Part shown: positions 28,588 to 39,366 of the stretch, one piece after another
Layout: the number at the start of each line of letters is the position of its first letter
Numbering within the stretch: the first letter of the stretch is position 1
Assembly (NCBI GenBank): GCA_963702845.1
Contig: OY969763.1
Coordinates: forward strand, 3,776,001-3,840,000
Direction of reading: 5' to 3'
DNA from: an uncultured Verrucomicrobiae bacterium
GTDB taxonomy: Bacteria > Verrucomicrobiota > Verrucomicrobiia > Limisphaerales > Palsa-1400
DNA: 64,000 nt
Made by a program: the position numbers and the translations under genes
Notes under the pieces: model-generated
What the model was told of the DNA's origin: nothing
Databases searched by the model: none
Seen by the model: the letters and a program-made list of their open reading frames with translations, nothing else

Positions 28588-29277
28588 ATGTGCAGAATGA
28601 TCGCAGTGGTTTCGCAAAAACCAGTGGCCTGTGGGCGTTTTTTGGATGAACTGGCGAAACAATCGTGCGGCGGCGTCGAATCGCCGCACGGCGACGGGTT
28701 CGGCGCGGCAATTTTCACGAATGGTCATTGGTTCCACGTGCGCGAACAATGCTCGGTTTGGGACGCGGCCCGGAGCGCGTTGAATTCGATTGAAGGGACA
28801 ATTCTGCTGCTCCATTCGCGCAAAGCCTCTGACCCGACGAGCATCAATCTTACAAAACTGCATCCGTTTTGTTGGCCGGGCAAAGGTCAGGGCATCATGT
28901 TTTGCCAAAATGGAACGATCCGTAAACACGACCGACTGAAGTCGTCGCCTGGTCCGGATGCGATTGATACGGAAAAGTATTTCGACATCGTCATCCGTCA
29001 TTACAAACAAAAGCCTGACCTTGGCGACGCGGTCCTAAATGCCGCAGAGGAAATCTACGCGGCCGATGCGGATACGACCTCGCTTAATTCCTGCATTTCG
29101 GATGGACGCGAACTGGTTTGTTACAAAGGCCAAATTCTCCCGCAAAACGCCGGCTATCATACATTGTTCGTGCATGAGGAGCCCGAGATGGCTGTCGTGA
29201 GCACGGAAATGTTCGAGGGCTCCAAGCCGAAGGAATGGAAGCCGCTCCAAGGAATTTTTCGCAAGAGTTTTTGTTAG
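28588..29277 (+). CDS. Class II glutamine amidotransferase (YafJ/EgtC-like Ntn hydrolase)
   Basis: M-C-R N-terminal Cys, HGDGFG, HSRKAS, HPF, NG and DTE motifs. Confidence 0.85.
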   Translation: MCRMIAVVSQKPVACGRFLDELAKQSCGGVESPHGDGFGAAIFTNGHWFHVREQCSVWDAARSALNSIEGTILLLHSRKASDPTSINLTKLHPFCWPGKGQGIMFCQNGTIRKHDRLKSSPGPDAIDTEKYFDIVIRHYKQKPDLGDAVLNAAEEIYAADADTTSLNSCISDGRELVCYKGQILPQNAGYHTLFVHEEPEMAVVSTEMFEGSKPKEWKPLQGIFRKSFC

Positions 29278-29307
29278 ATACGCGAGCCATAGAAAGAAAA
29301 CCCCGCG

Positions 29308-30030
29308 TCACTCCTGCTTCATCTGGATCGCCCGATGGACCAGTTCCGTTGCACTGCGCAAATTGAGTTTCTCTTTGATGTGCGCACGATGTGATTCGAC
29401 GGTCTTGATACTAAGATGCAGTTGTTCAGCAATCTGGCGCGTTCCCCTGCCCTCGCCGATCAATCCGAAAACTTCCAACTCACGGTCGCTTAACCGTTCG
29501 ATCAGCGAACCATTGGCCGCAGTCCTTCCGCCACCAACCAGTTGGTGCATGAACTTTGAACTCATCCGGTCGCTCAGATAAATGCCACCAGTCGCCACTT
29601 TGCGCAGCGCAATCATGACTTTGTCAGTAGCCTCTTGCTTCATCACGTAACCCGCGGCGCCCGCGCGCAAAGTGCGTTCGGCATAGAGGGCTTCGTCGTA
29701 CATGGAGAGCACGAGCATGATGAGCTTGGGGTGTGCGGCTTTGACGCTCTTGATCAATTCCAACCCACTGCTGGATTTGAGTGATAAATCGATGACCGCG
29801 ATGTCGGGCTTGAGTTTTTCGACCGCGCCGAACGCGGCTCCCGCATCTTCATACTGGCCACAAACAACAAAATCCTTCTCGACTGAAATGAGCTGAACCA
29901 GACCACTGCGCATGATTGGGTGGTCTTCGACGATGAGAACCCGTCGAACATCTTTTCTGGCTCCGGGAATCGTTGCTACAACTTTGGCGACAACTTCTTT
30001 ATCCTTCCGCTGGGGAACTTTCGTTTTCAT
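29308..30030 (-). CDS. NarL/LuxR-family response regulator
   Basis: REC domain (VEDH, IDLSL, GYVMK) plus HTH (LSDRELEVF...IAEQLHLSIKTVESHRAHIKEKL). Confidence 0.93.
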   Translation of the reverse strand: MKTKVPQRKDKEVVAKVVATIPGARKDVRRVLIVEDHPIMRSGLVQLISVEKDFVVCGQYEDAGAAFGAVEKLKPDIAVIDLSLKSSSGLELIKSVKAAHPKLIMLVLSMYDEALYAERTLRAGAAGYVMKQEATDKVMIALRKVATGGIYLSDRMSSKFMHQLVGGGRTAANGSLIERLSDRELEVFGLIGEGRGTRQIAEQLHLSIKTVESHRAHIKEKLNLRSATELVHRAIQMKQE

Positions 30031-30083
30031 ATAGTGATCGTGTCCACATATACCGTAACTACGCTCCAAAGAGCGTCCGACAA

Positions 30084-31598
30084 CTACACCGAAGAATCCG
30101 GAAACGAACAAGTCACCACGGTGCCTTTGCGAACCCCACGTTTTATATCGAAGCTACCGGCCAGCATCCCCGCTCGATACTTCATAATCTGCAAACCCAT
30201 TCCGCGTGACTTGGTCAAGGACTTCGGGAATCCCTTCCCGTCGTCTTGTACCGTTAGATTGACATGTCCGTTGTCTTTTGCAAGTCGAACTGTAATTTTT
30301 CGCGCTTCACCATGCTTAATCGCGTTTTCGATAGCTTCTTGCGCAATTCGATAGACTTGCGCTGCTTTGTTTAAGTCGGGCATCAATGATTGAACTTCAG
30401 TATATATTTCGCACTCAACGCCAAATATGCTGTGCTCGCGCGCGGCGAGATCATGCAGCGCGGAAATCAACCCATTCTTCTCCAGTTCAATCGGATAAAA
30501 ACCACGAGCGAGGTCGCGCGTTCTTGCAATCGCCTCATTTACATAGGTGGCAATCTGGGCGGCATCGTCGGTATGCGGTGACGACTCAGCTTCGAGTCTT
30601 TTCGCGAGGACCTTGGTCATGAAGGAAATGCCGGTCAGCGTCTGGCCAAGTCCATCGTGTAACTCTTCGCCGAGCCGACGTTGCTCGCGCTCACTGATTT
30701 GTAAAATCTTTTCCTCGGCGTTTTTGCGCTCCGCCACTTCGGCTTCCAAAGCCGACATCATTCCGAGCATCTTGTGTTGCGCATCTTCTAATTGAGCGGT
30801 GTAGCGGCGCACCTGTTCCTGGGAGGCTTCACGATCCGTCACGTCAAGCAACATCGCCGTGAACAAGGTCCGATCACCTCGATGCCACCGCGCAATCGAC
30901 AGTTCCACCGGAAAAAGTTTGCCGTTCTTTTTGCGCGCTTTGATGACAAAGGTTCGGCCAAGCACTCGTTTAATGCGCGTCGGCTGAAGATTGGCAATGC
31001 GCGCCATCAAGCGAAATTTGCGCGGCAACAGCAGGGACAATTCGCTCCCGGCCAGCTCGCCGGTCGTGTATCCGAACATGCGCTCAACACTCGGGTTTGC
31101 GTAATTGATGCGCCCGTCGGTATTCGCCGTCAGGATGCCGCACAAGGCGGTTTCAGTCACACTGCGGAAACGTTCTTCACTTTCCTTCATCTGTTCGCGT
31201 TGACGGAACAATTCAACGAACACGGCGACTTTTGCGCAAAGGATTTCCGGAATGACTGGCGTAAAAATGTAATCAACGGCGCCAAGTGAATAGCCCTTGA
31301 ACATGTGCATTTCACTAGTGCTGATGCCTGTGATGAAAATGATCGGGGTGTATTCGGAATTTTTACGTTGCCGAATCAGTTCCGCCGTTTCGAAGCCGTC
31401 CATCCCTGGCATGGAAACATCCAGCAAAATCAGCGCAAAGTCCTGTTTGAGCAAAATACGCAACGCTTCCTTGCCGGAGCGCGCTTGCACAATCTGATGC
31501 CCGGCGCTTTCCAGCAGGTTTGCGAGGGAAAATAATTTGGACGGCGTGTCATCCACCAACAAAATTCTTGCGGCGATTGGGGTGTTCATTGGAGACAT
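30084..31598 (-). CDS. REC-PAS-HisKA_3 sensor histidine kinase
   Basis: LLVDD...LLDVSMPGMDG receiver, a PAS domain (NPSVERMFGY), and ELHDGLGQ, YRIAQEAIENA, DDGKGF and GMGL motifs. Confidence 0.92.
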   Translation of the reverse strand: MSPMNTPIAARILLVDDTPSKLFSLANLLESAGHQIVQARSGKEALRILLKQDFALILLDVSMPGMDGFETAELIRQRKNSEYTPIIFITGISTSEMHMFKGYSLGAVDYIFTPVIPEILCAKVAVFVELFRQREQMKESEERFRSVTETALCGILTANTDGRINYANPSVERMFGYTTGELAGSELSLLLPRKFRLMARIANLQPTRIKRVLGRTFVIKARKKNGKLFPVELSIARWHRGDRTLFTAMLLDVTDREASQEQVRRYTAQLEDAQHKMLGMMSALEAEVAERKNAEEKILQISEREQRRLGEELHDGLGQTLTGISFMTKVLAKRLEAESSPHTDDAAQIATYVNEAIARTRDLARGFYPIELEKNGLISALHDLAAREHSIFGVECEIYTEVQSLMPDLNKAAQVYRIAQEAIENAIKHGEARKITVRLAKDNGHVNLTVQDDGKGFPKSLTKSRGMGLQIMKYRAGMLAGSFDIKRGVRKGTVVTCSFPDSSV

Positions 31599-33622
31599 TT
31601 TTTCAACGCGTTTAGTAATAGTTCGGGATCAAGAGGCTTGGCAATGTATTCGGACGCTCCAGCACGCAAACATTTTTCGCGATCACCTTTCATGGCTTTG
31701 GCTGTAACGGCGATGATCGGCAAAGTCTTAAACCGTTCAGTGCGCCGCAACTTTTCCATAATGGCAAACCCATCCATTCCGGGCATCATGATGTCCATTA
31801 ACACGACGGCGATGCAGCCATTCGCTTCCAGTAAATCAAGCGCAGCCTGCCCTTCCTCAGCCGAGACCACACTCATTTCAAATCGCTCGAGCAAGCTGGT
31901 GAGCGCAAAAATATTCCGGATATCATCATCGACGACCAGCGCCACAAGACCGCGCAAATTCTCGGTCACCTGAGGATCCTTGGTGAGCTTTTCAATCGAT
32001 GCGGCACGCGGGCTTTCTCGCAATCCGTGCGCAGGAGGGACCGGAGCCACCGTGGTCTCCGGAAGAAATAATGTAAAGGTGCTTCCCTTGCCGGCTTCAC
32101 TTTGCAAACGAATTTCGCCGCCAAGCAGCGCAGCGAGTTCGCGACTGATCGTCAGACCAAGACCGGTGCCGCCGTATTCACGGCTCGTGCTTCCATCGGC
32201 CTGCTGGAACGCCTCAAAAATCAGTTTTTGTTTTTCATGCGGTATCCCAATGCCAGTGTCGGTTACCGAAAATGCGATCACACCGGGCGCGGCGTTCAGC
32301 ACGGTATTCTCAGCACCCCAGCCCGATCCGACTTGTTCCGCCCGCAACGTCACCCCGCCTTGTTTGGTAAACTTTAGCGCGTTCGACAACAGGTTCTTCA
32401 AAATCTGCTCGAGACGGCGTGCATCCGTCTGCATGACCCGCGGGAGGTTTGGCGCGGGTTCAACTTTCAAATCCAGATTCTTCGATTGCGCCAACAACTG
32501 AAAATTACGGTCCAGGAATTCCGGCAAATCAGCCGTCAAGTAATCGCCGATTTCGATCGAAATTTTCCCGGCCTCAATTTTCGCGAGATCCAGAATGTCG
32601 TTGACCAGGTGCAACAACTCCTGACCGGCGGCATGAATTACTTTTGAAAACTCCAGTTGCTTTGGTGTTAAAGTCTTCTCGCGGTTGTCCATCAATTGTC
32701 GCGCCAACAGCAGCATGCTGTTCAAGGGCGTACGCAACTCGTGCGACATGTTCGCCAGGAATTCAGATTTGTATTTGGATGTCAGCGCCAATTGTTGGGC
32801 TTGCTCCTGTAACGCCAACCGCGCTTGCTCGATATCCCGGTTGCGCGTCTCCATTTCAATCTTCTGCACCGCCAGCATCCGCGCCTTTTCTTCCAGTTCG
32901 TCGTTGGTGTGTTTCAACCACACTTGCTGATTCTGCAGCTCACGCGTGAGGGATTCAGATTGGCGCAACAACCGCTGAGTGCGAACGTCCAGCTCCATCG
33001 ACTGCAGCACCGCCGGGAATCGCCTCGCTGCATGGTCGAGCAACCGTCGCTGGTCGTCGGAAAATGCACGTGGGGCTGTCAATGCCATCACACCTGTGAC
33101 CACGCCCGTTTGCACAATCGGCAGAATAATCCGTTGCTCGCAACCATCGTGTTTACTTACGACATTTGAAGGGGCTGCGCTACTGATGCAATGACGAAAA
33201 CGCTGTTCATCCGGTTTACTGATCTCGTCGGCATAAGCACCATGCGAGGCGGCCACGCGAAACTTTCCATTTGCCGATTCGCCTTCCGCCATAATCAACT
33301 GGGCTGCGGAAGCTTGAACGGCCAACGCCAATTCGGAAAAAATATACTGACCGAACACTTCATTGGCCTCTTTCGCCGCAAACATTCTGTCGAACCGCAC
33401 GAGATTTTCTTGGAGCCATCCGTTGCCCAGACCGTCCTTGCGACGCAACGGTTCTGTGCGGCCGTTCGAATGATTGGCGGTGGCAGAACGCGACATTCCA
33501 CCCGGCGTTTTGGCGGGTAACTTGGAATGTTTCTTAACGGTAGTTTTCAACGCCAGTTGCGACAGGGCTAGGATTGTACGCGCCAATTCTACAATCAGGC
33601 ACCCCTGTTTGTCGCTAAGCAA
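31586..33622 (-). CDS. Hybrid histidine kinase (GAF-like, coiled coil, HisKA, HATPase, REC); start uncertain (alternative 33496)
   Basis: FLANMSHELRTPLNS, NLLSNALKFT, DTGIGI and GGTGLGL motifs, then a C-terminal VVDDD...LMDIMMP receiver. Confidence 0.9.
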   Translation of the reverse strand: MLSDKQGCLIVELARTILALSQLALKTTVKKHSKLPAKTPGGMSRSATANHSNGRTEPLRRKDGLGNGWLQENLVRFDRMFAAKEANEVFGQYIFSELALAVQASAAQLIMAEGESANGKFRVAASHGAYADEISKPDEQRFRHCISSAAPSNVVSKHDGCEQRIILPIVQTGVVTGVMALTAPRAFSDDQRRLLDHAARRFPAVLQSMELDVRTQRLLRQSESLTRELQNQQVWLKHTNDELEEKARMLAVQKIEMETRNRDIEQARLALQEQAQQLALTSKYKSEFLANMSHELRTPLNSMLLLARQLMDNREKTLTPKQLEFSKVIHAAGQELLHLVNDILDLAKIEAGKISIEIGDYLTADLPEFLDRNFQLLAQSKNLDLKVEPAPNLPRVMQTDARRLEQILKNLLSNALKFTKQGGVTLRAEQVGSGWGAENTVLNAAPGVIAFSVTDTGIGIPHEKQKLIFEAFQQADGSTSREYGGTGLGLTISRELAALLGGEIRLQSEAGKGSTFTLFLPETTVAPVPPAHGLRESPRAASIEKLTKDPQVTENLRGLVALVVDDDIRNIFALTSLLERFEMSVVSAEEGQAALDLLEANGCIAVVLMDIMMPGMDGFAIMEKLRRTERFKTLPIIAVTAKAMKGDREKCLRAGASEYIAKPLDPELLLNALKKCLQ

Positions 33623-33743
33623 CTGCCCGTGCGTGTCCCTCAGCTATTCCCCGAAGGCGTTGCGAGTGAAAGCATTTGAACCAACAGGCTTGGAAAGGAC
33701 TTGCGCAAACTGCCGTTGGTCTATACGTTTTCTCGCTCTGGGT

Positions 33744-33820
33744 GCACCCATAGCTCAATTGGATAGAGCATCTGACTACGGATCAGAAGGTTAATGGTTC
33801 AACTCCATTTGGGTGCACCA
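33744..33820 (+). tRNA. tRNA-Arg(ACG)
   Basis: Cloverleaf GCACCCA...TGGGTGC-A-CCA. Anticodon arm TCTGA-CTACGGA-TCAGA. Confidence 0.97.
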
Positions 33821-33821
33821 T

Positions 33822-35081
33822 TTATTTTGTCACGGGCTCTTTAAGTTCACCTTCCCACCGCGCCATCACCGCTGATGCCAGGCAGTTACCGACTAAATTG
33901 GTGCTCGTGCGCGCCATGTCCATGACGGTGTCGACTCCCAGAATTACTGCTACACCTTCCAATGGCAGCCCGAACGTCACGAGGGTGCCGGACAGGATCA
34001 CCAAAGATGCCCGCGGGACAGCGGCAACGCCTTTGCTCGTCAGCATTAATGTCAGCATCATTGCCAGTTGGTTCGGGATAGTCAGCGCCACTCCAGCGGC
34101 TTGAGCGACGAAGATAGATGCGACGGCTAGATACAGCGTGCTTCCGTCAAGGTTGAAGGAATAGCCAGTCGGCAAAACGAAGGAAACAATTCGCCGCGGC
34201 ACCCCAAATTCGATCATCCGTTCGAGAGCTAGTGGCAAGGCGGCGTCCGATGAGGTTGTCGAAAAGGCAATCAGCGCGGGGTCTTTGACTGTTCGGCAAA
34301 ATCGCAGGATTGGAATCCTCGCAATCAACGCCACTGGGACCAATACGATAATGACGAATACGAACAATGCTCCGTAGAGTGTCAGGACAAGTTTGAGCAA
34401 CGGTTTCAGGACATCGATACCCGATCTGCTTACCGTGATGGCCATAGCGGCGGCGATGCCGAACGGTGCGAACTTCATCACGAGGTCGGTGAATTTGAAC
34501 ATCACCTCCGAGACCGCTTCGAAAAAGCCGACGACCGTTTGTTTCGACTTGGCGTTTACCCGCGTCAGAGCGACTGCGAAAAGAATCGCGAAAACGACTA
34601 CCTGCAATACGTCGTTGGCGGCCGCGCTTTCGAACAAGCTGCGAGGAAACGCGTGTTCGAGAATGGCCGATGCCGTCATCTTTTGCTGACTGGCATCAAC
34701 CGTATCAGCGCCTCCTTTTAAGACGATACCGACTCCGGGCTTCGCCCAATTCACAGCAACGAGCCCGATTACCAGCGCTATCGTGGTGACGATTTCAAAA
34801 TAGATGATCGATTTCAGCGCGAGCCGGCCCACTGCTTTTAAATCGCTGGTGTGTCCCGCGATACCGACAATCAACGTGCTAAAGAGCAACGGCACGATAA
34901 TGCATTTGATCAACCGCAGGAAAATATTCGAGACAACCTGAAGCTGCTGCGCTTGATGCGGAAATCGCCAGCCGAACCAAATGCCGACGACAACCGAAAT
35001 CAGCATCCATTGCGTCAAGCTGATGCGCCGCCACCAGGATTGTGCAGAGGTTGTGTTCGATGCGGCCATTGTTGCATTCAT
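33822..35081 (-). CDS. Dicarboxylate/amino acid:cation symporter (GltP/DctA family)
   Basis: FLRLIKCII, AFSTTSS, PTGYSFNLDG, SKGVAAVP and DMARTSTN motifs. Confidence 0.93.
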   Translation of the reverse strand: MNATMAASNTTSAQSWWRRISLTQWMLISVVVGIWFGWRFPHQAQQLQVVSNIFLRLIKCIIVPLLFSTLIVGIAGHTSDLKAVGRLALKSIIYFEIVTTIALVIGLVAVNWAKPGVGIVLKGGADTVDASQQKMTASAILEHAFPRSLFESAAANDVLQVVVFAILFAVALTRVNAKSKQTVVGFFEAVSEVMFKFTDLVMKFAPFGIAAAMAITVSRSGIDVLKPLLKLVLTLYGALFVFVIIVLVPVALIARIPILRFCRTVKDPALIAFSTTSSDAALPLALERMIEFGVPRRIVSFVLPTGYSFNLDGSTLYLAVASIFVAQAAGVALTIPNQLAMMLTLMLTSKGVAAVPRASLVILSGTLVTFGLPLEGVAVILGVDTVMDMARTSTNLVGNCLASAVMARWEGELKEPVTK

Positions 35082-35173
35082 CGGGTTCGGGATGCGATGG
35101 CCCAATACTAAACAGCGCACTCGCTGGTCGTAAATCCATTAACGCAGCGAATTGTTGCACGGTCGAAGACGAC

Positions 35174-35692
35174 CTATTTCTTACCCTGCTTGAGCGATGC
35201 CGTGAGCTTCTTGCCTCGCCCGCGCGATTCGGCGGCGAGCTCGTCCATAAATTTTTTCATCTGCTTCAGGAGCTTCGCGTCCGATGTCGCTAAAATCCGC
35301 ACTGCCAGTAACCCCGCATTGCGGCCACCGCCGATGGCAGTCGTCGCCACCGGAACTCCACCAGGCATTTGGGCAATCGATAATAACGAGTCCAGCCCCT
35401 TTAAACTTTTGCTCTCCACCGGCACGCCGATCACCGGCAATGGCGTCAGACTTGCGACCATCCCGGGCAAATGCGCCGCGCCGCCGGCTCCGGCAATGAT
35501 CACACGCAAACCACGCGCCTCGGCCGTTTTGGCGTATTGCACCATGTCTTCGGGCGTGCGATGAGCCGAGACGACACACGCTTCAAACGGAACTCCGAAA
35601 TCGCGGCAAACATTCGCGGCAGCTTCCAACGTGGGCCAGTCGGAATCGCTGCCCATGATAATTCCAACAACAGGTTTGGTTTCAGATTTCAT
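35174..35692 (-). CDS. purE: N5-carboxyaminoimidazole ribonucleotide mutase
   Basis: [25 protein letters not shown] and QMPGGVPV motifs. Confidence 0.97.
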   Translation of the reverse strand: MKSETKPVVGIIMGSDSDWPTLEAAANVCRDFGVPFEACVVSAHRTPEDMVQYAKTAEARGLRVIIAGAGGAAHLPGMVASLTPLPVIGVPVESKSLKGLDSLLSIAQMPGGVPVATTAIGGGRNAGLLAVRILATSDAKLLKQMKKFMDELAAESRGRGKKLTASLKQGKK

Positions 35693-36888
35693 GTCGTCGA
35701 TCCGAAAAAGATTTTGCTGGCCGCGCTCTGCGCAGTCGCTTCCGCTTGCGCGACGTCAGAACCAAGCGCCGTGACATGCCCCATCTTGCGTCCGCGCGCG
35801 CTCATCGCTTTACCGTAAATGTGAATGTGAGCTCCGGTGACTTGCAAAGCATTTTCCATCCCAAGAGGCGCACCCGAACCCTGGCTCGCGCCGAGCAAAT
35901 TCACCATCACCGCCGCCGGCGTGACCATTTCCGTCGTGCCCAAGGGCCAACCGAACAAAGCGCGCACATGATTTTCAAATTGCGAGCACACGCATCCTTC
36001 AATGGTGTAATGGCCGGAGTTGTGAACGCGGGGTGCAAGTTCGTTGATCATGACGTCGTCGTCCTCGGTGACAAACAGTTCAATACCGAAACTGCCGACG
36101 CCCTGAATCGCTTCGATGGCCGCTCGCGCCATGTGATGCGCTTTTTCCTCCGCTTTGGGCGACACAGCCGCGGGCGCGCGCACGATGTGACAAATATGAT
36201 CGCGCTGTACCGTTTCAACGACTGGATAAACCACCATTGCCCCATCGTGCGCACGGGTAATGATCACCGCGAGTTCCGCGCGATAATTGCAGAACGCTTC
36301 GGCATAAAGTCCATTGTGATCACCGTTGAGCGCCTTCCACGCTTCGGCAATGTCTGCCTCTGATTTAACAGTGAAATTACCTTTGCCATCGTAGCCGTTG
36401 CGCCGCGCTTTCAACACGAGGGGTAAACCAAATTCACGACTTACCTCAGCAAGGTGTTGCTGATTTTCGACAGCAATAAACCGCGTCGTCGCCAACCCGG
36501 CGTCCTGTAGGCATTGCTTCTGGATCAATTTATCCTGAACAAGGCGTAACGTGGCCGTGCTCGGGAAAAGTTGGTGTCCGGATTTCTCGATCGCCGAAAG
36601 CGAATCGGTGTTGATGAATTCGTTCTCGATGGAAACAACGTCCACTTGCGAGGCCAGTTTCAGTAACGCGTCCGGATTATTCCAATCACCTACCAGACAA
36701 CGCGTAGCCACCTGGGCTGCCGGGCTGTGATCGTTGCGTTCAAGCACAATCACATCGCAACCAAGGCGCAACGCCGCCACGGCTGTCATTCTAGCCAATT
36801 GACCACCGCCGATAATTCCAAGACGCGGCGCGACGCGCGCGCTGGAGACCGGTTTAACTTGGCTCTTTTGAGTCTTTAACGCTTCCAT
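35689..36888 (-). CDS. purK: N5-carboxyaminoimidazole ribonucleotide synthase
   Basis: [38 protein letters not shown] and RKMGHV motifs. Confidence 0.96.
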   Translation of the reverse strand: MEALKTQKSQVKPVSSARVAPRLGIIGGGQLARMTAVAALRLGCDVIVLERNDHSPAAQVATRCLVGDWNNPDALLKLASQVDVVSIENEFINTDSLSAIEKSGHQLFPSTATLRLVQDKLIQKQCLQDAGLATTRFIAVENQQHLAEVSREFGLPLVLKARRNGYDGKGNFTVKSEADIAEAWKALNGDHNGLYAEAFCNYRAELAVIITRAHDGAMVVYPVVETVQRDHICHIVRAPAAVSPKAEEKAHHMARAAIEAIQGVGSFGIELFVTEDDDVMINELAPRVHNSGHYTIEGCVCSQFENHVRALFGWPLGTTEMVTPAAVMVNLLGASQGSGAPLGMENALQVTGAHIHIYGKAMSARGRKMGHVTALGSDVAQAEATAQSAASKIFFGSTT

Positions 36889-37083
36889 CGACAATTGAAT
36901 TTTAAAATCAATGATGTCGCGCTGCATGTCACGCCACAAAAGCGTCGCCCATAAATCGCGTCATCGGAATCCTGACTCGAAGGAGTCAGTAACGGCTATC
37001 ATTTGCAGACCTGCAACAAAGTGCAAACACAGAGTTGCTGAAGTGTAGATGGTTGGCTCGGTCGTCGGCTCGCGCCGAAACCA

Positions 37084-37755
37084 TTAGCGCCTGCCACCAA
37101 AATGTCCGCCGTGGCCGTAGCCCCGGTAGTAACCACCGTCTCCAAAACCAACGCCGACACCCACCCCAACCGAAATGGCCGAGTGCCCGAAGTGGCCGGC
37201 TTCCGAGTTGTCGAAGGTCTCGTAATAATTTGGGTAAGCTGAATAGTCGGGATACACGATTGATGTCGTAGCTTTAGTCTCTTCAACCGCCGCCGCACGT
37301 TCCTGAACTATCGGGCGCGGAGTAACGACAAGCTGAGCAATGGTGGCCGATGCCGGAGTTGCTGCGAGTGCCGTGAAACGGTCGTCCTCATTTCTGACCG
37401 CCATAGCTTTTTGTCGCTCCGCATCCGTTTCCATCATTTCGGTAATCACGTTCGCAGAGATACCGATTTGTTTGAGATAAACGATGTCCTCTGCGCTTAA
37501 TTTGTAATCCAACTCCGAATACTTCACGTAAAAGTGAAGAACGCTGTCCTTCTTACCGGTGCGAAACAGTTTAACGACATCACTCGCGCCCTTGGAAAGA
37601 TCGGCTGGCGCGACAGGTTCAGCGGGGGTTGTTTGAGCCGGCGCAGGAGCATTAGCAACCGCAGTGTTGGTTTGTGCCTGGACGGAAGTCTCAGTGCCAA
37701 GCAGCAATGTAAAACCGGCACTCATCAGTAAGGCGAAAGGACTGGCAATTCTCAT
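37084..37755 (-). CDS. Hypothetical secreted protein with a Gly/Tyr-rich tail
   Basis: Signal peptide, a DVVKL...YKLSAEDIVYLKQIGIS..VITEM helical domain, and a low-complexity C-terminus. Confidence 0.7.
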   Translation of the reverse strand: MRIASPFALLMSAGFTLLLGTETSVQAQTNTAVANAPAPAQTTPAEPVAPADLSKGASDVVKLFRTGKKDSVLHFYVKYSELDYKLSAEDIVYLKQIGISANVITEMMETDAERQKAMAVRNEDDRFTALAATPASATIAQLVVTPRPIVQERAAAVEETKATTSIVYPDYSAYPNYYETFDNSEAGHFGHSAISVGVGVGVGFGDGGYYRGYGHGGHFGGRR

Positions 37756-37844
37756 ACGCTAACGCTGTTTTAGATCGCCCCTGCTGCCTGTTTCGATCTT
37801 CAACTACTTTACACGACACAGGCTCAGCTATCAACTATGCAGAA

Positions 37845-38675
37845 CTACTGCGGCACCGGCGCATGATCCTCATCCGTCCCGCGAAACCAACTTCGCATGA
37901 AATCCCGCCGCGTCACCCACGTGGCATGCCCATCGCAAAACGCCACATTCGACCCATCTGCGCCGTGATTATCGCCATCATCCGGATAATCGTTATTGGG
38001 CCGGCTCGGGTCCAAAATCCCCGGTTCATCCGCATCATAAACAATCCACATATCAGCAGCGCCGCCGGCTTGCCCGTGAAAGTCATATTGCGGAAACACA
38101 TTGTTCGTCAGTTGATATGCATAGCCGGCGATCGTCGTCGAAGTCTTGCGTGTATTGTTCAAGCCCTTCGCCCAAGCACCATTCAACCATCCGGCCACTT
38201 CATAGCTGGTCCCGCCTGACATCCCATTGCGCCCGCCCGGCGCGACCTGCTGCAAATCCGAAACGTAAGTAGAGCTTCCATGCAGCCGTTCACTATAAGT
38301 CAGCCCCGTCCAATTCTCGGCTGCACTGACCGGATCGCCCCCCAATGGCAAACGCTTTTCGTCGATGTGATTTAGTGTCGACGGGCAGATGGAACTTTTC
38401 AGGTTCGGGATATAAACAGGAAACATCCAATTCAAATCGTCCTCTTTGAAATTCGCGACACCCGAACACGCATGCTTCACGTCCTCATCCGCGTAATTCT
38501 GGCTGCCGATCGCCATCTGCTTTTCGTTATTAAGACACGAAGTGCGTAGCGCCTTTTGCTTGGCCCTGCCGAGCGTCGGCAACAGCAACGACGCCAGAAT
38601 CGCGATTATTGCAATCACCACCAACAATTCGATCAACGTAAATGCTCCTGCGCGACGCGTTTTTGTAGAACCCAT
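37845..38675 (-). CDS. Prepilin-type N-terminal cleavage/methylation protein with an H-X9-DG-type C-terminal motif
   Basis: [34 protein letters not shown] and [14 protein letters not shown] motifs. Confidence 0.9.
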   Translation of the reverse strand: MGSTKTRRAGAFTLIELLVVIAIIAILASLLLPTLGRAKQKALRTSCLNNEKQMAIGSQNYADEDVKHACSGVANFKEDDLNWMFPVYIPNLKSSICPSTLNHIDEKRLPLGGDPVSAAENWTGLTYSERLHGSSTYVSDLQQVAPGGRNGMSGGTSYEVAGWLNGAWAKGLNNTRKTSTTIAGYAYQLTNNVFPQYDFHGQAGGAADMWIVYDADEPGILDPSRPNNDYPDDGDNHGADGSNVAFCDGHATWVTRRDFMRSWFRGTDEDHAPVPQ

Positions 38676-38676
38676 A

Positions 38677-39048
38677 TCAGTATTGCGTTTTATAAATGTA
38701 AATGCCTTCAAACGCGGTCTTCTCGACCCAAACACCTTGAGTCGACGGCTTGCGGTCGGCGTCACGATAAATGTGATACCCAACCGAATATCTTCCCTGT
38801 TCATGTGCCAGGAGAATCTTAATATTGTCCAATTCCTTCATAACCGAGATTGGTTTCAGCGCCTTGATCGAAGCTGGCCATTGCGATTTCGGCACATCGC
38901 CAACCGGAACGGCGTCCTCCAGCATCTTCACAGCATCGGAACGCAATTTCGCGGGATCTTTCAATGGCGCCACCGCTTCTTTGTGACAAGCCGACAAGAA
39001 AAATGCACAGAGCAAAACTACGATAGCAAACGGTCCACTCCTCCTCAT
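38677..39048 (-). CDS. Hypothetical lipoprotein
   Basis: [21 protein letters not shown] lipobox. The stop lies 1 nt from the next start. Confidence 0.7.
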   Translation of the reverse strand: MRRSGPFAIVVLLCAFFLSACHKEAVAPLKDPAKLRSDAVKMLEDAVPVGDVPKSQWPASIKALKPISVMKELDNIKILLAHEQGRYSVGYHIYRDADRKPSTQGVWVEKTAFEGIYIYKTQY

Positions 39049-39366
39049 TTTTTTGGTTCTTAAATTATCCACCGGCCCACCTTTCAAGCGTAATGCTGAG
39101 ATGAACCTTCACGTCTGTCAACAATCCAACACCAGCATCGCCTGATGGTTGCTCAGATTCTCCGACGTTAGGCATTCAATTAAATACATGTCCGCCGAAA
39201 TGAAAATCGTACATTAATTTTTCAAAACGGCTCGCCACGAAAACAGCCCCAGACCGAACCCTGCCCGAAAAACTCCGCAATCAACAACCATCACAATTAG
39301 ACTCCCGACCGACAGTTTTCCTTTGAAAAAAGTTTCCGCCGTGTAAACCTCGCCCCTTACGACCTG

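Noticed and set aside
28510..29010. Long N-terminal extension of BioF in the ORF track
   Set aside because: It is antisense to the amidotransferase gene; BioF similarity begins near 28509.
33739..33820. TGGGTGCACC present at both ends of tRNA-Arg, as a possible att duplication
   Set aside because: It is only 10 bp and partly explained by acceptor-stem symmetry. There is no integrase or island next to it.
36890..37083. Purine or ZTP riboswitch upstream of purK
   Set aside because: Only a simple CTGACTC/GAGTCAG hairpin is visible, with no recognisable aptamer consensus.
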